Assembly (NCBI GenBank): GCA_019510405.1
Contig: JAEKKK010000058.1
Span: 1 to 39,634 of the forward strand
Source of the DNA: Gemmatimonadota bacterium
Lineage (GTDB): Bacteria; Gemmatimonadota; Gemmatimonadetes; Gemmatimonadales; Gemmatimonadaceae
DNA: 39,634 nucleotides
Direction: 5' to 3'
The notes under the pieces are model-generated. The model had not been told where the DNA came from. It ran no database searches and was given only the letters and a program-made list of their open reading frames with translations. Shown here piece by piece: positions 1-9,226 of this stretch; position 1 is the stretch's first letter; the number at the start of each line of letters is the position of its first letter. Made by a program: the position numbers and the translations under genes.

Positions 1-941
1 TGAGTCATCCCGCTCCGCGGCGCTTCACGCTCCTCGCCGCCTTCGCCGCGATCTACTTCTTCTGGGGCGCGACCTTCCTCGCGGTCCGGTATGCCGTGGT
101 CCTGGTGCCGCCGATGCTGATCATCTTCTTCCGATGCGCCGGCGGAGCGCTGATTCTCTTCGCCTGGCTCGCATGGCGTCGGGAGCTGGAGCGCACCACC
201 TGGGCCCAGTGGCGCACGGCCGCATTCGCGGGGCTCCTTCTCTTCCTCGGCTGTCACGTGGCAATGGCGTGGGCCGAGCAGCGGATGTCCTCCGGACAGG
301 CTGCGTTGTTCTCGTCGACGATACCGCTCTGGATCGTCCTCCTGGAATCCGCGAAGGCGCGCGCGATGCCCACCGCGCGCATGTTCATCGGGATGGCGCT
401 CGGAATCGTCGGAGTCGGAGTGCTCGCCGGCGGCAACGCGCTCAACGCCGGACTCGCGAGCGACCGCGCGCTCGTCGCGATTGGTGCGTTCTGCTGGGCC
501 GCCGGCTCGCTCATCGGGCGGCATGGTGCGCGGCCGCGCAGCGCCACCCAGTCCACCGCGATGCAGCTCGCGGCAGGCGCCATCTGGGTGCTGGCCGCCA
601 GCGCGCTGCATGGAGATCTCGCGCACTTCACCCTCGCACGCCTCGACCTGCGCACGGAGGTGGCCCTGCTCTTCCTCGTGTTGTGCGGGACCGTGATCGG
701 CTTCGGGTCGTACACCTGGCTGCTTCGCGTCGCCTCGCCCGCGGCGGTGAGCAGCTACGCCTTCGTCAACCCGATGGTCGCCCTCGCCCTCGGGGTCGCC
801 GTCGGGGACGACGCGCTCTCCGGACGCATCGCGTTCAGCGCCGTGTTGGTGATCGCCGCCGTGGTGTTGACCCGTGGCGCGCCGGCCGCGCGTGCCTCAC
901 ACGCGGAAGTCGCGGAGCGGCGCCTGCGAATCGCGTCCTGA
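1..941 (+). CDS. EamA/DMT-family membrane transporter; the start codon lies on the window edge
   Basis: Frame 3 is open from nt 3 (SHPAPRRFTLLAAFAAIYFFWGATFLAVRYAV...), upstream of the ORF-track start at 96. The preceding codon would be xTG, so the start is probably cut by one base. The protein is polytopic and hydrophobic with two EamA-like halves, and GC3 is high. Confidence 0.8.
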   Translation, partial: SHPAPRRFTLLAAFAAIYFFWGATFLAVRYAVVLVPPMLIIFFRCAGGALILFAWLAWRRELERTTWAQWRTAAFAGLLLFLGCHVAMAWAEQRMSSGQAALFSSTIPLWIVLLESAKARAMPTARMFIGMALGIVGVGVLAGGNALNAGLASDRALVAIGAFCWAAGSLIGRHGARPRSATQSTAMQLAAGAIWVLAASALHGDLAHFTLARLDLRTEVALLFLVLCGTVIGFGSYTWLLRVASPAAVSSYAFVNPMVALALGVAVGDDALSGRIAFSAVLVIAAVVLTRGAPAARASHAEVAERRLRIAS

Positions 942-947
942 GCGCGG

Positions 948-1754
948 TCAGGCCCCGACGGCGCTCTGCTCGCGAACGAGGTCGCGCAGGAACGGGAAGC
1001 GCGACCGGATCTCGGCGACGCGCTCGGCGCTCAGCACCACGTAGCCCGGTGCGTCGTCCGTGTTGGTCGTGGGCACGAGGCGCTCGCCCCACGGATCGTA
1101 CGCCGCGGAGCCGCCGTTGTAGGACAGGCCGCCGGCCTCGCCCGTGCGATTGACGCCCACGACGTAGCACTGGTTCTCGATCGCGCGCGCGGGGAGCAGC
1201 GCGTCCCAATGCGGACGCCGTCCCGCCGGCCAGTTTGCGATCACGAACATCGCGTCCACGTCCGGTGCGACGGCGCGGAACAGCTCCGGGAAACGCAGGT
1301 CGTAGCAGATGAACAGGCTGATGCGCACGCCGCGCACCATCGCGACCGCCGACCCTTCACCCGGCTCGTAGCTCGCGTGCTCGTTCGCGTACGCGAACAG
1401 CTTCTGCTTGCGGTACGATGCCTCGAGCTCGCCGCCCGGGCCGAAGAGGAGCGCGGTGTTCTGGTAGACTTCATGTCCGTCCACCAGCTCCCGTGCAGCA
1501 ACACCAGCCAGGACGTGCACGCCGTTGGCCGCGGCGATCTTGCCGAGCGCGTGAACGTCCGGCGAGTCGAGCGTGACGGCGTGCTCCTTCGGCTCCATCG
1601 TGAAGCCGGAGAGGCACATCTCCGGCAGCGCGACGAGATGCGCGCCATGGCTGGCCGCACGCTGCACGAGTTCCGCCGCCCGCTGCAACGAGACGGCCGG
1701 GTCGTGCCACCCCGTGTCGTACTCACCGAGTACGACACGAAGCTCGTTCGTCAC
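948..1754 (-). CDS. Carbon-nitrogen hydrolase (nitrilase superfamily, omega-amidase-like)
   Basis: The real start is GTG at 1754 (VTNELRVVLGEYD...), preceded by GGAGGAA 6 nt upstream and overlapping the upstream stop as GTGA. Glu-Lys-Cys triad contexts are visible (LVALPEM, YRKQKLF, LFICYDLRFPE). The ORF-track extension to 2138 is Arg/Gly-rich read-through across the neighbouring gene. Confidence 0.85.
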   Translation of the reverse strand: MTNELRVVLGEYDTGWHDPAVSLQRAAELVQRAASHGAHLVALPEMCLSGFTMEPKEHAVTLDSPDVHALGKIAAANGVHVLAGVAARELVDGHEVYQNTALLFGPGGELEASYRKQKLFAYANEHASYEPGEGSAVAMVRGVRISLFICYDLRFPELFRAVAPDVDAMFVIANWPAGRRPHWDALLPARAIENQCYVVGVNRTGEAGGLSYNGGSAAYDPWGERLVPTTNTDDAPGYVVLSAERVAEIRSRFPFLRDLVREQSAVGA

Positions 1755-2983
1755 GCCGACTTCCTCCCGTGGAGCACGTCGGGATCGGTCAGCGCCTTCT
1801 TCAGCGCCTCGGCGCCCTCCTTCACCATCGGCGTCGCGCAGCTGTACGCGAAGCGGATCGCGTCGTCGCACGTCGTGCCGAAGGCGACGCCCGGCGCGCT
1901 GCCGATGCCGATCGCCGCCAGCTTGTCCGACAGGTCTGCCGCATCCGTGACGCCGAGGCGCTCGTAGATGGCCGGATCGAGGTCCGCCCAGACGTAGAAC
2001 GCGCCGCGCGGCGTGAAGGGACGCACCCCGTCGATCGTGGAGAGCGCGGAGACCAGCGCGTCGCGACGCTCCACGTACTCGGAGACCATCTGTGCGAGCT
2101 GCGACTGATCGCCGGTGACCGCCGCCAGCGCCGCCCACTGCGCCAGGCTGTTCACCCCGTTGATCGTGCAGCGCAGCAGCTTGGGGATGCGGTCGCGGAG
2201 GAGCGGCGACTTCGTGACGATGTACCCTGTGCGGAGCCCGGGCATCGCATAGCTCTTCGAGAAGGAGAAGATGCTGATCACCTTCTCCGACTGTTCCAGG
2301 GGCACGAGCGAGCCGATCGACTGATGCTTGTGCGGCTCGTAGATGACGTCCTCGTACGCCTCATCCGACACGAGCCAGAGGTCGTGGCGCCGGGCGATAT
2401 CGGCGATCTCGCGCAGCGTCTGCTCGGAGAGCACCGCGCCCGTCGGGTTCTGCGGCGTGTTGAGGAAGATCGCCACGGTGCGTGGCGTGATCGCGGCTTC
2501 GATCTCCGCGGGGTCGTACTCGAAGTCGTTCGCGGCCTTGAGCGGGACACCGACCGTCACACCGCCGGCGAGGCGGATGTTCTCGCCGACCTCGGTCCAC
2601 ATCGGGTCCGGGAGGATGACCTCGTCGCCCGGCGAGAGCAGTGCCCCGAACGCGACGTAGAGCGCGTGCATCGCGCCGTTGGTGAGGAAGATGTCCTCAT
2701 CGGTCACACCGGCGAGGCCGTTCTTGCGGACCGCCTTCTCGGCAAGCGCCTTCCGTAGTTCCGGAATGCCGCTGTTGGGGATGTAGTGCGTCTTCCCCGC
2801 CGCGCCGGCCTTGTCCACCGCCTCGAGGATGTGAGGGGCGACCGAGAAGTTCGGATCGCCTGACTCGAGGCGATACACCTTCTTACCAGCCGCCTGGGCC
2901 TTGAGGAGCCGCTCACGAATGACGACGATCAGGCCGAGCGAGATGTCGTCGAGCGGATGCGGGGCGACGGCGGACGGTGGCAT
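1751..2983 (-). CDS. PLP-dependent aminotransferase, class I/II (aspartate/aromatic/glutamine transaminase type)
   Basis: Start is ATG at 2983 (MPPSAVAPHPLDD...). Motifs seen: LNTPQNPTG, SDEAYED and the PLP-lysine motif SFSKSYAMPGLRTGY. The ORF-track N-terminus up to 3118 runs through the tRNA-Asn gene and is not real. Confidence 0.9.
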   Translation of the reverse strand: MPPSAVAPHPLDDISLGLIVVIRERLLKAQAAGKKVYRLESGDPNFSVAPHILEAVDKAGAAGKTHYIPNSGIPELRKALAEKAVRKNGLAGVTDEDIFLTNGAMHALYVAFGALLSPGDEVILPDPMWTEVGENIRLAGGVTVGVPLKAANDFEYDPAEIEAAITPRTVAIFLNTPQNPTGAVLSEQTLREIADIARRHDLWLVSDEAYEDVIYEPHKHQSIGSLVPLEQSEKVISIFSFSKSYAMPGLRTGYIVTKSPLLRDRIPKLLRCTINGVNSLAQWAALAAVTGDQSQLAQMVSEYVERRDALVSALSTIDGVRPFTPRGAFYVWADLDPAIYERLGVTDAADLSDKLAAIGIGSAPGVAFGTTCDDAIRFAYSCATPMVKEGAEALKKALTDPDVLHGRKSA

Positions 2984-3024
2984 GCGCGGGCTCTCCGGTG
3001 TGTGCGGGCGCGAGGAATTGAGAA

Positions 3025-3097
3025 CTGGGGCGGCAGGGCTCGAACCTGCAACTTCCTGATTAACAGTCAGGCGGTCTGCCAATTGACCTACACCCCA
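3025..3097 (-). tRNA. tRNA-Asn (anticodon GTT), no encoded CCA
   Basis: The reverse complement folds as a 73-nt cloverleaf: acceptor TGGGGTG/CGCCCCA, D arm GGTC-AATTGGCA-GACC, anticodon arm CCTGA-CTGTTAA-TCAGG, T arm GCAGG-TTCGAGC-CCTGC, discriminator G. Confidence 0.9.
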
Positions 3098-3182
3098 TCG
3101 TGCGTCTGTCGGCACCAATGCCGCGTTCTACCTGGGACTCTCTCCAACTGCGGTCTTGCGAGATGGTCCCGCCGATCCTCGC

Positions 3183-3222
3183 AAAAGCGCCCGCCAGGTG
3201 AGACCTGGCGGGCGCTTCTTCT
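3183..3222. terminator. Bidirectional rho-independent-type terminator hairpin
   Basis: 13-bp perfect stem GCGCCCGCCAGGT/ACCTGGCGGGCGC (3187-3199 and 3203-3215) with loop GAG. It is flanked by AAAA upstream and TTCTTCT downstream, so either strand reads hairpin then U-tract. It lies between the sigma-factor 3' end and tRNA-Asn. Confidence 0.55.
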
Positions 3223-3458
3223 GCGCAACCTGCGCGCGCGCGCTAGCCAAGTCTCCCGGAGAGGCTCCGATTAATATTATTCCCTGGCTTGAGCGTGCGC
3301 TTGTTGGACATTGTCATGGTATTTGGGCCGCGCATATGCGCGACACCAGCATGGTAGGGTTCCCGTTCCGCTCTGTCAAGAGCCCGGTTGACCCACCCCT
3401 CGCGCGCCAGACTCACGCGACTTCCGACTGCGCGAATCGCCGCGCGACAGCGACCGAT

Positions 3459-4007
3459 TCACCATCCGCCGCCCGGCGGAAGCCAGGCCGACAAGCGCTC
3501 GCGAAGGTGACGCAACGCGCGTCCCATCCGCGCCTCCACCGTCTTCACCGAGATGTCCAGCGCGCTCGCGATCTCCGGATACGTCATCCCGTCGCGGCGG
3601 CTCATCTCGAACACCTCGCGCTGCGGCGGCGATAGCTCGGACACCGCCTCGGCGACGGCGTCCTGAAGCTCATGCGACGTCACGCGCGCATCCGGGCGCG
3701 GAGCGGCGGTCGGCGGACGCACATACGGTTCGGATTGGCGCACGGTGCGCCCGTGGCGCAGATGGTTCAATGCGCGATTGCGCGCCGACTGATGGAGGTA
3801 GGCGCGCAGCGGGCCGGTCAGCGCGAGCTCCTCGCGCCGGCGCCACAGCTCCAGCATCACGTCCTGGACGACCTCCTCGGCGAGGGAGCGGTCGCCGAGC
3901 AGGCGCGAAGCGGTGAGCACGAGCCACGAATAGTGCTCGCGAAAGATCGTCGCGTACGCCTCGTCGTCCCCCTGGCGCAGCCGCGCCAGCAGTTCCGATT
4001 CAACCAC
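3459..4007 (-). CDS. ECF (group IV) RNA polymerase sigma-70 family factor
   Basis: GTG start. Region 2 (YATIFREHYSWLVLTASRLLGDRSLAEEVVQDVMLELWRRRE) and region 4 HTH (LSPPQREVFEMSRRDGMTYPEIASALDISVKTVEARMGRALRHLRERL) are both present. Confidence 0.9.
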   Translation of the reverse strand: MVESELLARLRQGDDEAYATIFREHYSWLVLTASRLLGDRSLAEEVVQDVMLELWRRREELALTGPLRAYLHQSARNRALNHLRHGRTVRQSEPYVRPPTAAPRPDARVTSHELQDAVAEAVSELSPPQREVFEMSRRDGMTYPEIASALDISVKTVEARMGRALRHLRERLSAWLPPGGGW

Positions 4008-4134
4008 GGCTGGCGTATCGTTGCTGGCGGAGGCCGGGCATGGCCGACCAATCTAATCCTGGGCCAGCCAGGCACGAGTCGAAGCGCCGAGCCAGCGTGC
4101 GTAGGGTGTACCTCCACTCGGGTGTCTCAGCAGC

Positions 4135-5229
4135 ATGACCGACGATAGCGCGCGGCAGCCGGATCTCGATGCGGAGTGGGAGGAGCTGGCGCGCTTCCTC
4201 TCCGGCGAGAGCTCCCCTGGGGAGCAGCGCCGCCTGCGCGCGCTCCTGGCCCGCGACCCCGAGCGTGCCGCGCTCGTTCAGGCCCTGGACGCCGCGCTCG
4301 CGCCGCCCGACGAGACCCCACTCGCCCTCGAGGAGGTGGAGCGCGCGCTGGCGTCCGTGATGGCCCGACGCGACCTGGCCGATCCGCGGAGTGCCCCCGC
4401 ACCGGACGTCATCCCGCTTCGGGGCCGCGCGACCCCGCCGCCACTCGCGGCCACCACGGCGCGCTGGCGTCGCTCGGCGCTTCTGGCCGCCGCGGCGGTG
4501 ATCGTCGTGGCCGGTGCCAGCCTGCTCTGGCGGGCGACCCAGACCAGCGAACGGACCCAGCCCGTGCAGGTCGCCCAGGTGGACTACACGACCGGCGTCG
4601 GTCGCGTCGACACCCTCCGGCTCGCCGACGGCACCTCCGTCGTGCTGGGGCCCTCCAGCCGCCTTCACCTCGAGCCCGACTACGGCCAGCGGGCGCGTAT
4701 GCTGACCCTCGACGGCCAGGCGTTCTTCGACGTCGTGCACGACGACGCGCGGCCCTTCGTCGTTCGGACTGCCAGCGCCACCCTCCGCGACGTCGGAACG
4801 ACCTTCTCCGTCGAGAGCGACAGGGATCTCGGCACGCGCATCGTGGTAACATCGGGTGCGGTGGACGTTGCCGCGCTTGCGGCACGCGACGGCGAGCCGA
4901 CGGTGCTGCACGGTGGGGATCGAGCCGAGGTCAAAGGGGATCGCATGACGGTCGAGCGGGGCGTGGTGAGCGATGACGCGACGTCGTGGACGCGTGGAGC
5001 GCTCGTGTTCCACGATGCATCGATGACGAGCGTGGCCGCCGAGCTGCGACGCTGGTACGGCATCCGGCTGGTGGTCGACGACAGCGCGCTCGCTGCGCGG
5101 CGCGTCACCGCGACCTTTGATCGCGCGAGCGCCGACGACGTGGGCCGCGTGCTCGCCGCGGTGCTCGGGGGCTCGGCCACTCGCTCGGGCGACACCCTCC
5201 GGCTTGGCGTGCGCTCACCCGCTCGATGA
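4135..5229 (+). CDS. FecR-family anti-sigma factor / transmembrane sensor
   Basis: N-terminal anti-sigma helix region, one TM segment (ALLAAAAVIVVAGASLLW) and a periplasmic FecR domain (LADGTSVVLGPSSRLHLEP...LTLDGQAFFDVVHDDARPFVVRTASATLRDVGTTFSV). It is divergent from the ECF sigma gene across a 127-nt spacer. Confidence 0.85.
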   Translation: MTDDSARQPDLDAEWEELARFLSGESSPGEQRRLRALLARDPERAALVQALDAALAPPDETPLALEEVERALASVMARRDLADPRSAPAPDVIPLRGRATPPPLAATTARWRRSALLAAAAVIVVAGASLLWRATQTSERTQPVQVAQVDYTTGVGRVDTLRLADGTSVVLGPSSRLHLEPDYGQRARMLTLDGQAFFDVVHDDARPFVVRTASATLRDVGTTFSVESDRDLGTRIVVTSGAVDVAALAARDGEPTVLHGGDRAEVKGDRMTVERGVVSDDATSWTRGALVFHDASMTSVAAELRRWYGIRLVVDDSALAARRVTATFDRASADDVGRVLAAVLGGSATRSGDTLRLGVRSPAR

Positions 5230-5239
5230 GCCGGAGGAA

Positions 5240-7804
5240 ATGCCACTGAGCGCGGCGGGGCGTCGAGCAACGCGTACTGCGGCGGCCGCGATGGCCGCCC
5301 TCGTCCTCGGCGTGCGCGCCGACGCGCAGCCCGCGCGCCCCTGCTCCGACGCCGCCACCGAGCTCGCCGCGAATTCGGGCACGTGGTCCGGCGCACTTGC
5401 CGCAACGGTGACGCTCCACGCGCGCGGGCTCTCGCTGCGCGACGCCCTCGATCGCCTGGGTGCGCAGAGCGGCGTTCCGCTCGCGTACTCCAGCGATCTC
5501 CTTCCGCTCGATCGCCCCGTCTGCGTCGTCGCCGATCGGCAGCCGCTGGGACGCGTGCTGGCGACGCTGCTCGAGGGCACGAACGTCGAAGCGCTCCTCG
5601 TCGCAGGCAAGGTGGTGCTCGCCCCGTCCACCAGCGCCGCGCCGCGCGAAGCGCCGAAGGTCAGTGTGCTCGAGCGCGTGATCGTCACCGGCAGCGCCAT
5701 CGCCGCATCGCGGCGACCGCTCGCCGTCGGCGTCGAGGTGATCGACGGTGACGAGATTCGCCGGAGCAGCTACGCCGATCTCGCCTCTGCGCTCGACACC
5801 TACGTGCCCGGCATGTGGATCTGGGCGCAGTCGGCGGGCAGCCTCGTCGCGCAGTATGGCGGCGTGCGCGGCGCGAGCTCGTTCTCGACGAGCTATCCGA
5901 AGATGTACATCGACGGCATCGAGGTCGCGAACCCGCTCCTCGTCACGCAGCTCAACCCCGATGCGGTGGACCGCGTCGAGGTGATCCGTGGTCCGCAGGG
6001 CTCCGCCCTCTACGGCTCGGACGCGATCAGCGGCGTGATCAACGTCATCACGCGCCACGACGGAACGGGTCCCTCAGGCGCGCGCGTGCGCGTGAGCAGC
6101 CTGGCTGGCGCGAGCGCGAGCGAATTCGGGCCGAGTCCCGTGCCGACGCACGATCAGCGGCTCTCCGTGCGCAATGGCACCAATCTGGGATCGGCTGGTG
6201 TGTCCATCGAGTTCGGACAGACGGGCGCCGTGTTCCCCTCCGCGCAGAGCCGACAGCTCTCGATCCTCGGCGACGGCCGCCGCGTCACGAGCAGTGCAGT
6301 CCTCAGTGGCACGGCGCGGCTGTTCGATCGGCGCGCCGGTGTCGGCAACAATCCGCTGCTCGAGGGCGTCGGCACGCCGTGGGTGGACACCAGCGCGAGC
6401 TCCGGTCCGGGTGGTGGCACTGGTCGCGGAGGCTACGACGACCAGCGCCCAGTCATGTCCACGCTCCGCGACGGGGATCAGCACGTGCGCCTCTACACCG
6501 TCGGCGGCAGCGCGATGTTCGCGACCCACGGTGTGTGGACGCACACCCTGACCGCGGGCGTCGATGGCTTTCAGCTCGACAACGTCGCCGATGCGACGAA
6601 TCCATTCGACGATGGCGTGGATGCCACGCGCCGCGGCGCCACAGGAAACGGCGATCGAACGACGCTCCGTGCCAGCAGCGTTGCGCAGCTGGGCGGCGCG
6701 TCGGCGCTCCCTGCCACCACGATCACGCTCAGCGTCGAGCATTCCGTGCTCCGGCAGCGCAGCACCGTCACCGACGTCATCGCCCCGGCGGGCGGTGAAC
6801 GATATGGCACCGCGGTGGAGGGCACCGCGCTGCTCTGGAACCACAACACCGGTGCGCTCGTGCAGGCGAGCACCGCGTGGCGCGATGCGCTGTTCCTGAC
6901 TGGCGGCGTACGGGTCGAGCGCAACGACGCGTTCTCCGGCAACGACCGTTACCCCATCTTGCCGTTGTTGGGCGGCGCGCTCGTACACGCGTTCGGGCCG
7001 GTGGAGATGAAGTTGCGCAGCTCGTATGGCAAAGGCATTCGACCGTTCCAGACCCCCGCGCGCTTCTCCTTCAACGAATACGGGCCCACGGGCATCGGCC
7101 GCGCCGGTCTCGATCCCGAAGTGCAGACCGGGATCGAGAACGGTGTCGAGCTGTACGTCGGCGATCTGTTCTCGTTCCAGGCGACGCGCTTCGACCAGCG
7201 GGCGACCGGTCTGATTCAGAACGTGGCCGTCGCGGTCGACACTCAGCTCCGCGGTGGATCGCTCGAGCGACGCATGCGCTTCCAGCTGGAGAATGTCGGT
7301 GAGATCACGAACCGCGGCTGGGAGATGCAGGCAGGGCTGCGGCGCGGGGCACTCGGCGTGTCGGGCACGTTCTCCACGGTGGACAGCCGCGTGCGTACGG
7401 TGGCGGACGGCTATCTGGGCGACCTTCGCGCCGGAGACCGCATGCTCGCGGTGCCGGCGCGCACTTCGAGTCTCAGCGCATCTTGGACGCAGCCCCGCTG
7501 GACGCTGGCCCTGACCGCCACGCGCGCCGCGGACTGGGTGAACTACGATCGCGTCGCGCTCGCGCGCGATTACACCGGTGCCGACGGCGCTCAGCGCGAC
7601 GTCACCGGCGCGCGTCTGCGCAGCTACTGGCGCGACTACAGCGGACAGACGCATCTGCGGCTCTCCGCGTCGCGCGACGTCGGACATGGGCTCACGCTGC
7701 TCGGGCTCGGCGACAACTTGCTGGGTGGTCAGGTTGGCGAGCCCGACAACCTCACCATCCGGCAGGGTCGCACGCTCAGCGGCGGGCTCCGCGCGTCGTT
7801 CTGA
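5240..7804 (+). CDS. TonB-dependent outer-membrane receptor with N-terminal STN signalling domain
   Basis: Start is ATG at 5240 (MPLSAAGRRATRTAAAAMAALVLGVRADAQ, signal peptide), 10 nt after the FecR stop. STN-like segment LSLRDALDRLGAQSGVPLAYSSDLL...GKVVLAP spans about 5408-5626. Plug motifs are present (VIDGDEIRR..., YIDGIEVANP, VEVIRGPQGSALYGSDAISGVINVITR). The barrel is long and ends in a terminal aromatic (...GGLRASF). Confidence 0.85.
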   Translation: MPLSAAGRRATRTAAAAMAALVLGVRADAQPARPCSDAATELAANSGTWSGALAATVTLHARGLSLRDALDRLGAQSGVPLAYSSDLLPLDRPVCVVADRQPLGRVLATLLEGTNVEALLVAGKVVLAPSTSAAPREAPKVSVLERVIVTGSAIAASRRPLAVGVEVIDGDEIRRSSYADLASALDTYVPGMWIWAQSAGSLVAQYGGVRGASSFSTSYPKMYIDGIEVANPLLVTQLNPDAVDRVEVIRGPQGSALYGSDAISGVINVITRHDGTGPSGARVRVSSLAGASASEFGPSPVPTHDQRLSVRNGTNLGSAGVSIEFGQTGAVFPSAQSRQLSILGDGRRVTSSAVLSGTARLFDRRAGVGNNPLLEGVGTPWVDTSASSGPGGGTGRGGYDDQRPVMSTLRDGDQHVRLYTVGGSAMFATHGVWTHTLTAGVDGFQLDNVADATNPFDDGVDATRRGATGNGDRTTLRASSVAQLGGASALPATTITLSVEHSVLRQRSTVTDVIAPAGGERYGTAVEGTALLWNHNTGALVQASTAWRDALFLTGGVRVERNDAFSGNDRYPILPLLGGALVHAFGPVEMKLRSSYGKGIRPFQTPARFSFNEYGPTGIGRAGLDPEVQTGIENGVELYVGDLFSFQATRFDQRATGLIQNVAVAVDTQLRGGSLERRMRFQLENVGEITNRGWEMQAGLRRGALGVSGTFSTVDSRVRTVADGYLGDLRAGDRMLAVPARTSSLSASWTQPRWTLALTATRAADWVNYDRVALARDYTGADGAQRDVTGARLRSYWRDYSGQTHLRLSASRDVGHGLTLLGLGDNLLGGQVGEPDNLTIRQGRTLSGGLRASF

Positions 7805-7931
7805 GCGGGCGAGAGGCACACGAAGACTACTTGCCGTCGGGCTGCGGTATTGGCAGGTTGGCTTCGTTCGGAATGATCGATGACTCCAGACGGTCGCTCG
7901 CACTGCCCACTGAGCGATCGGGAGAGAGCGT

Positions 7932-9200
7932 GTGACCGCACGTCCTGGCGCGTTCGACCTGCCACACCGCGCATACATCGAGGCGCTCGCCGAGGCTCCC
8001 GAGGGAAGCCCGGCCTGGCGCGCGATCGTGGCCGGCTACGCCGCGCTGCAGCTCTTCGAGTGCTGGATGGACGGAGACCTGGGCGCGACGCCGCCGAGCG
8101 CGATCGAGGTGCAGCGCATCTGGCGGTACGTCGAAGCGGTGCCGGAGACCTGCGTCGAGCGGCGCTGTCTCACGCAACTGATCGATTGCATCGAGGAGAC
8201 GCTGAACGACTCACCGCGTCCCCTCGCCGAACGCAGGGCCGATGCCGGTCGCGCCGTCGAATGTTATGCCCGACTGCTGCGGTACGAGGCGCAGTGGGGC
8301 CTCGCCGGCGACGTGTACGTCGCGTTGATGGATTTCGCACGGTGCACGAACGACACGACGCGCCTGCTCGACGCGATGCTGATGCGTGGCTACAGCCTGC
8401 GCATGCATGGCCGGCTGGAGGAAGCGAGTCGCGCGTATGCCGAGCTTCGACGTGCCGCCGAGCAGGCGAATGACGAGCGGTATCGGCTCGAGAGTCATCT
8501 CTCCGACGCGAAGATCGCCGTCGAACGCGGCAACTATGGCGTTGCGCGCGAGCTGCTCGATCGGACGCTGGCGCAGGCACGCCGCGCGGAATGCTGGGTC
8601 GTCGTCTCGAAGGGGCTGACCGACCGCGCACGCATCGCTGCGATGCAGGGTGACCTGGAGATGTCGCTCCAGTGCTCACACGAAGCGCTCGCGTTGAACA
8701 CCGACCCGATCGGGCGCGAGCGCATCCTCGCGAACATCGCGCTCTACTTCGCGCAGATGGGGTTGCGCGAGGCAGCACGCGATGCAGGGCTGCTCGTGGC
8801 GGCGACGGCGCAGGATCGGACGACGCGACTCACGGCGATGATCAATCTGATGGAGCTCGCCCACCTCGACGAACGCGAGCTCGTGTTCGAGCAGTACCGC
8901 CGAGAGCTCGCACGCGAAGCGATGATGCCGAACGTGGAAGTCTCGTTCCTCCAGGTTTCAGCCGAGGGGTTGCGCACATTCGGTCGGATCTCCGAAGCGA
9001 AGCGCGCGATCGAGCGCATGCTCGACGTCGCGTTGCGCCACTCGTTGCACGAGCACGTGATCAGGGCCGACTCCATGTTGACGGCGATCGAGCAACCGCC
9101 GAAGGCGACGGCGCCCGAGGCGCCTCCGCCGAGCGAACGCGTGGCGCACATCGCGCACGCGATCGCCGAGATGCGTGTGGCGGCGGGGCTACCCGCCTGA
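7932..9200 (+). CDS. Hypothetical cytoplasmic alpha-helical repeat (TPR-like) protein
   Basis: GTG start with GGGAGAGAG upstream and consistently high GC3. No signal peptide. Repeated helix-pair segments are present (GRLEEASRAYAELRRAAEQANDERYRLESHL..., GNYGVARELLDRTLAQARRA..., GDLEMSLQCSHEALALN). Function unknown. Confidence 0.6.
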   Translation: MTARPGAFDLPHRAYIEALAEAPEGSPAWRAIVAGYAALQLFECWMDGDLGATPPSAIEVQRIWRYVEAVPETCVERRCLTQLIDCIEETLNDSPRPLAERRADAGRAVECYARLLRYEAQWGLAGDVYVALMDFARCTNDTTRLLDAMLMRGYSLRMHGRLEEASRAYAELRRAAEQANDERYRLESHLSDAKIAVERGNYGVARELLDRTLAQARRAECWVVVSKGLTDRARIAAMQGDLEMSLQCSHEALALNTDPIGRERILANIALYFAQMGLREAARDAGLLVAATAQDRTTRLTAMINLMELAHLDERELVFEQYRRELAREAMMPNVEVSFLQVSAEGLRTFGRISEAKRAIERMLDVALRHSLHEHVIRADSMLTAIEQPPKATAPEAPPPSERVAHIAHAIAEMRVAAGLPA

Positions 9201-9226
9201 TTGAGCGGGCGCCCGCCGACCGTTCG

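Noticed and set aside
1751-3118. N-terminal extensions proposed by the ORF track for the aminotransferase (to 3118) and the C-N hydrolase (to 2138).
   Set aside because: The first runs through the tRNA-Asn gene. The second overlaps the aminotransferase out of frame. Internal starts with Shine-Dalgarno sequences and sensible N-termini exist at 2983 and 1754.
4000-7978. Large minus-strand or out-of-frame ORFs over the FecR and TonB-receptor genes (4000-5013, 4680-5405, 5105-6058, 6074-7978, 5815-6798).
   Set aside because: Their translations are Arg/Ala/Gly/Pro-rich and typical of wrong-frame reading in high-GC DNA. The plus-strand frames give recognisable FecR and TonB-receptor motifs.
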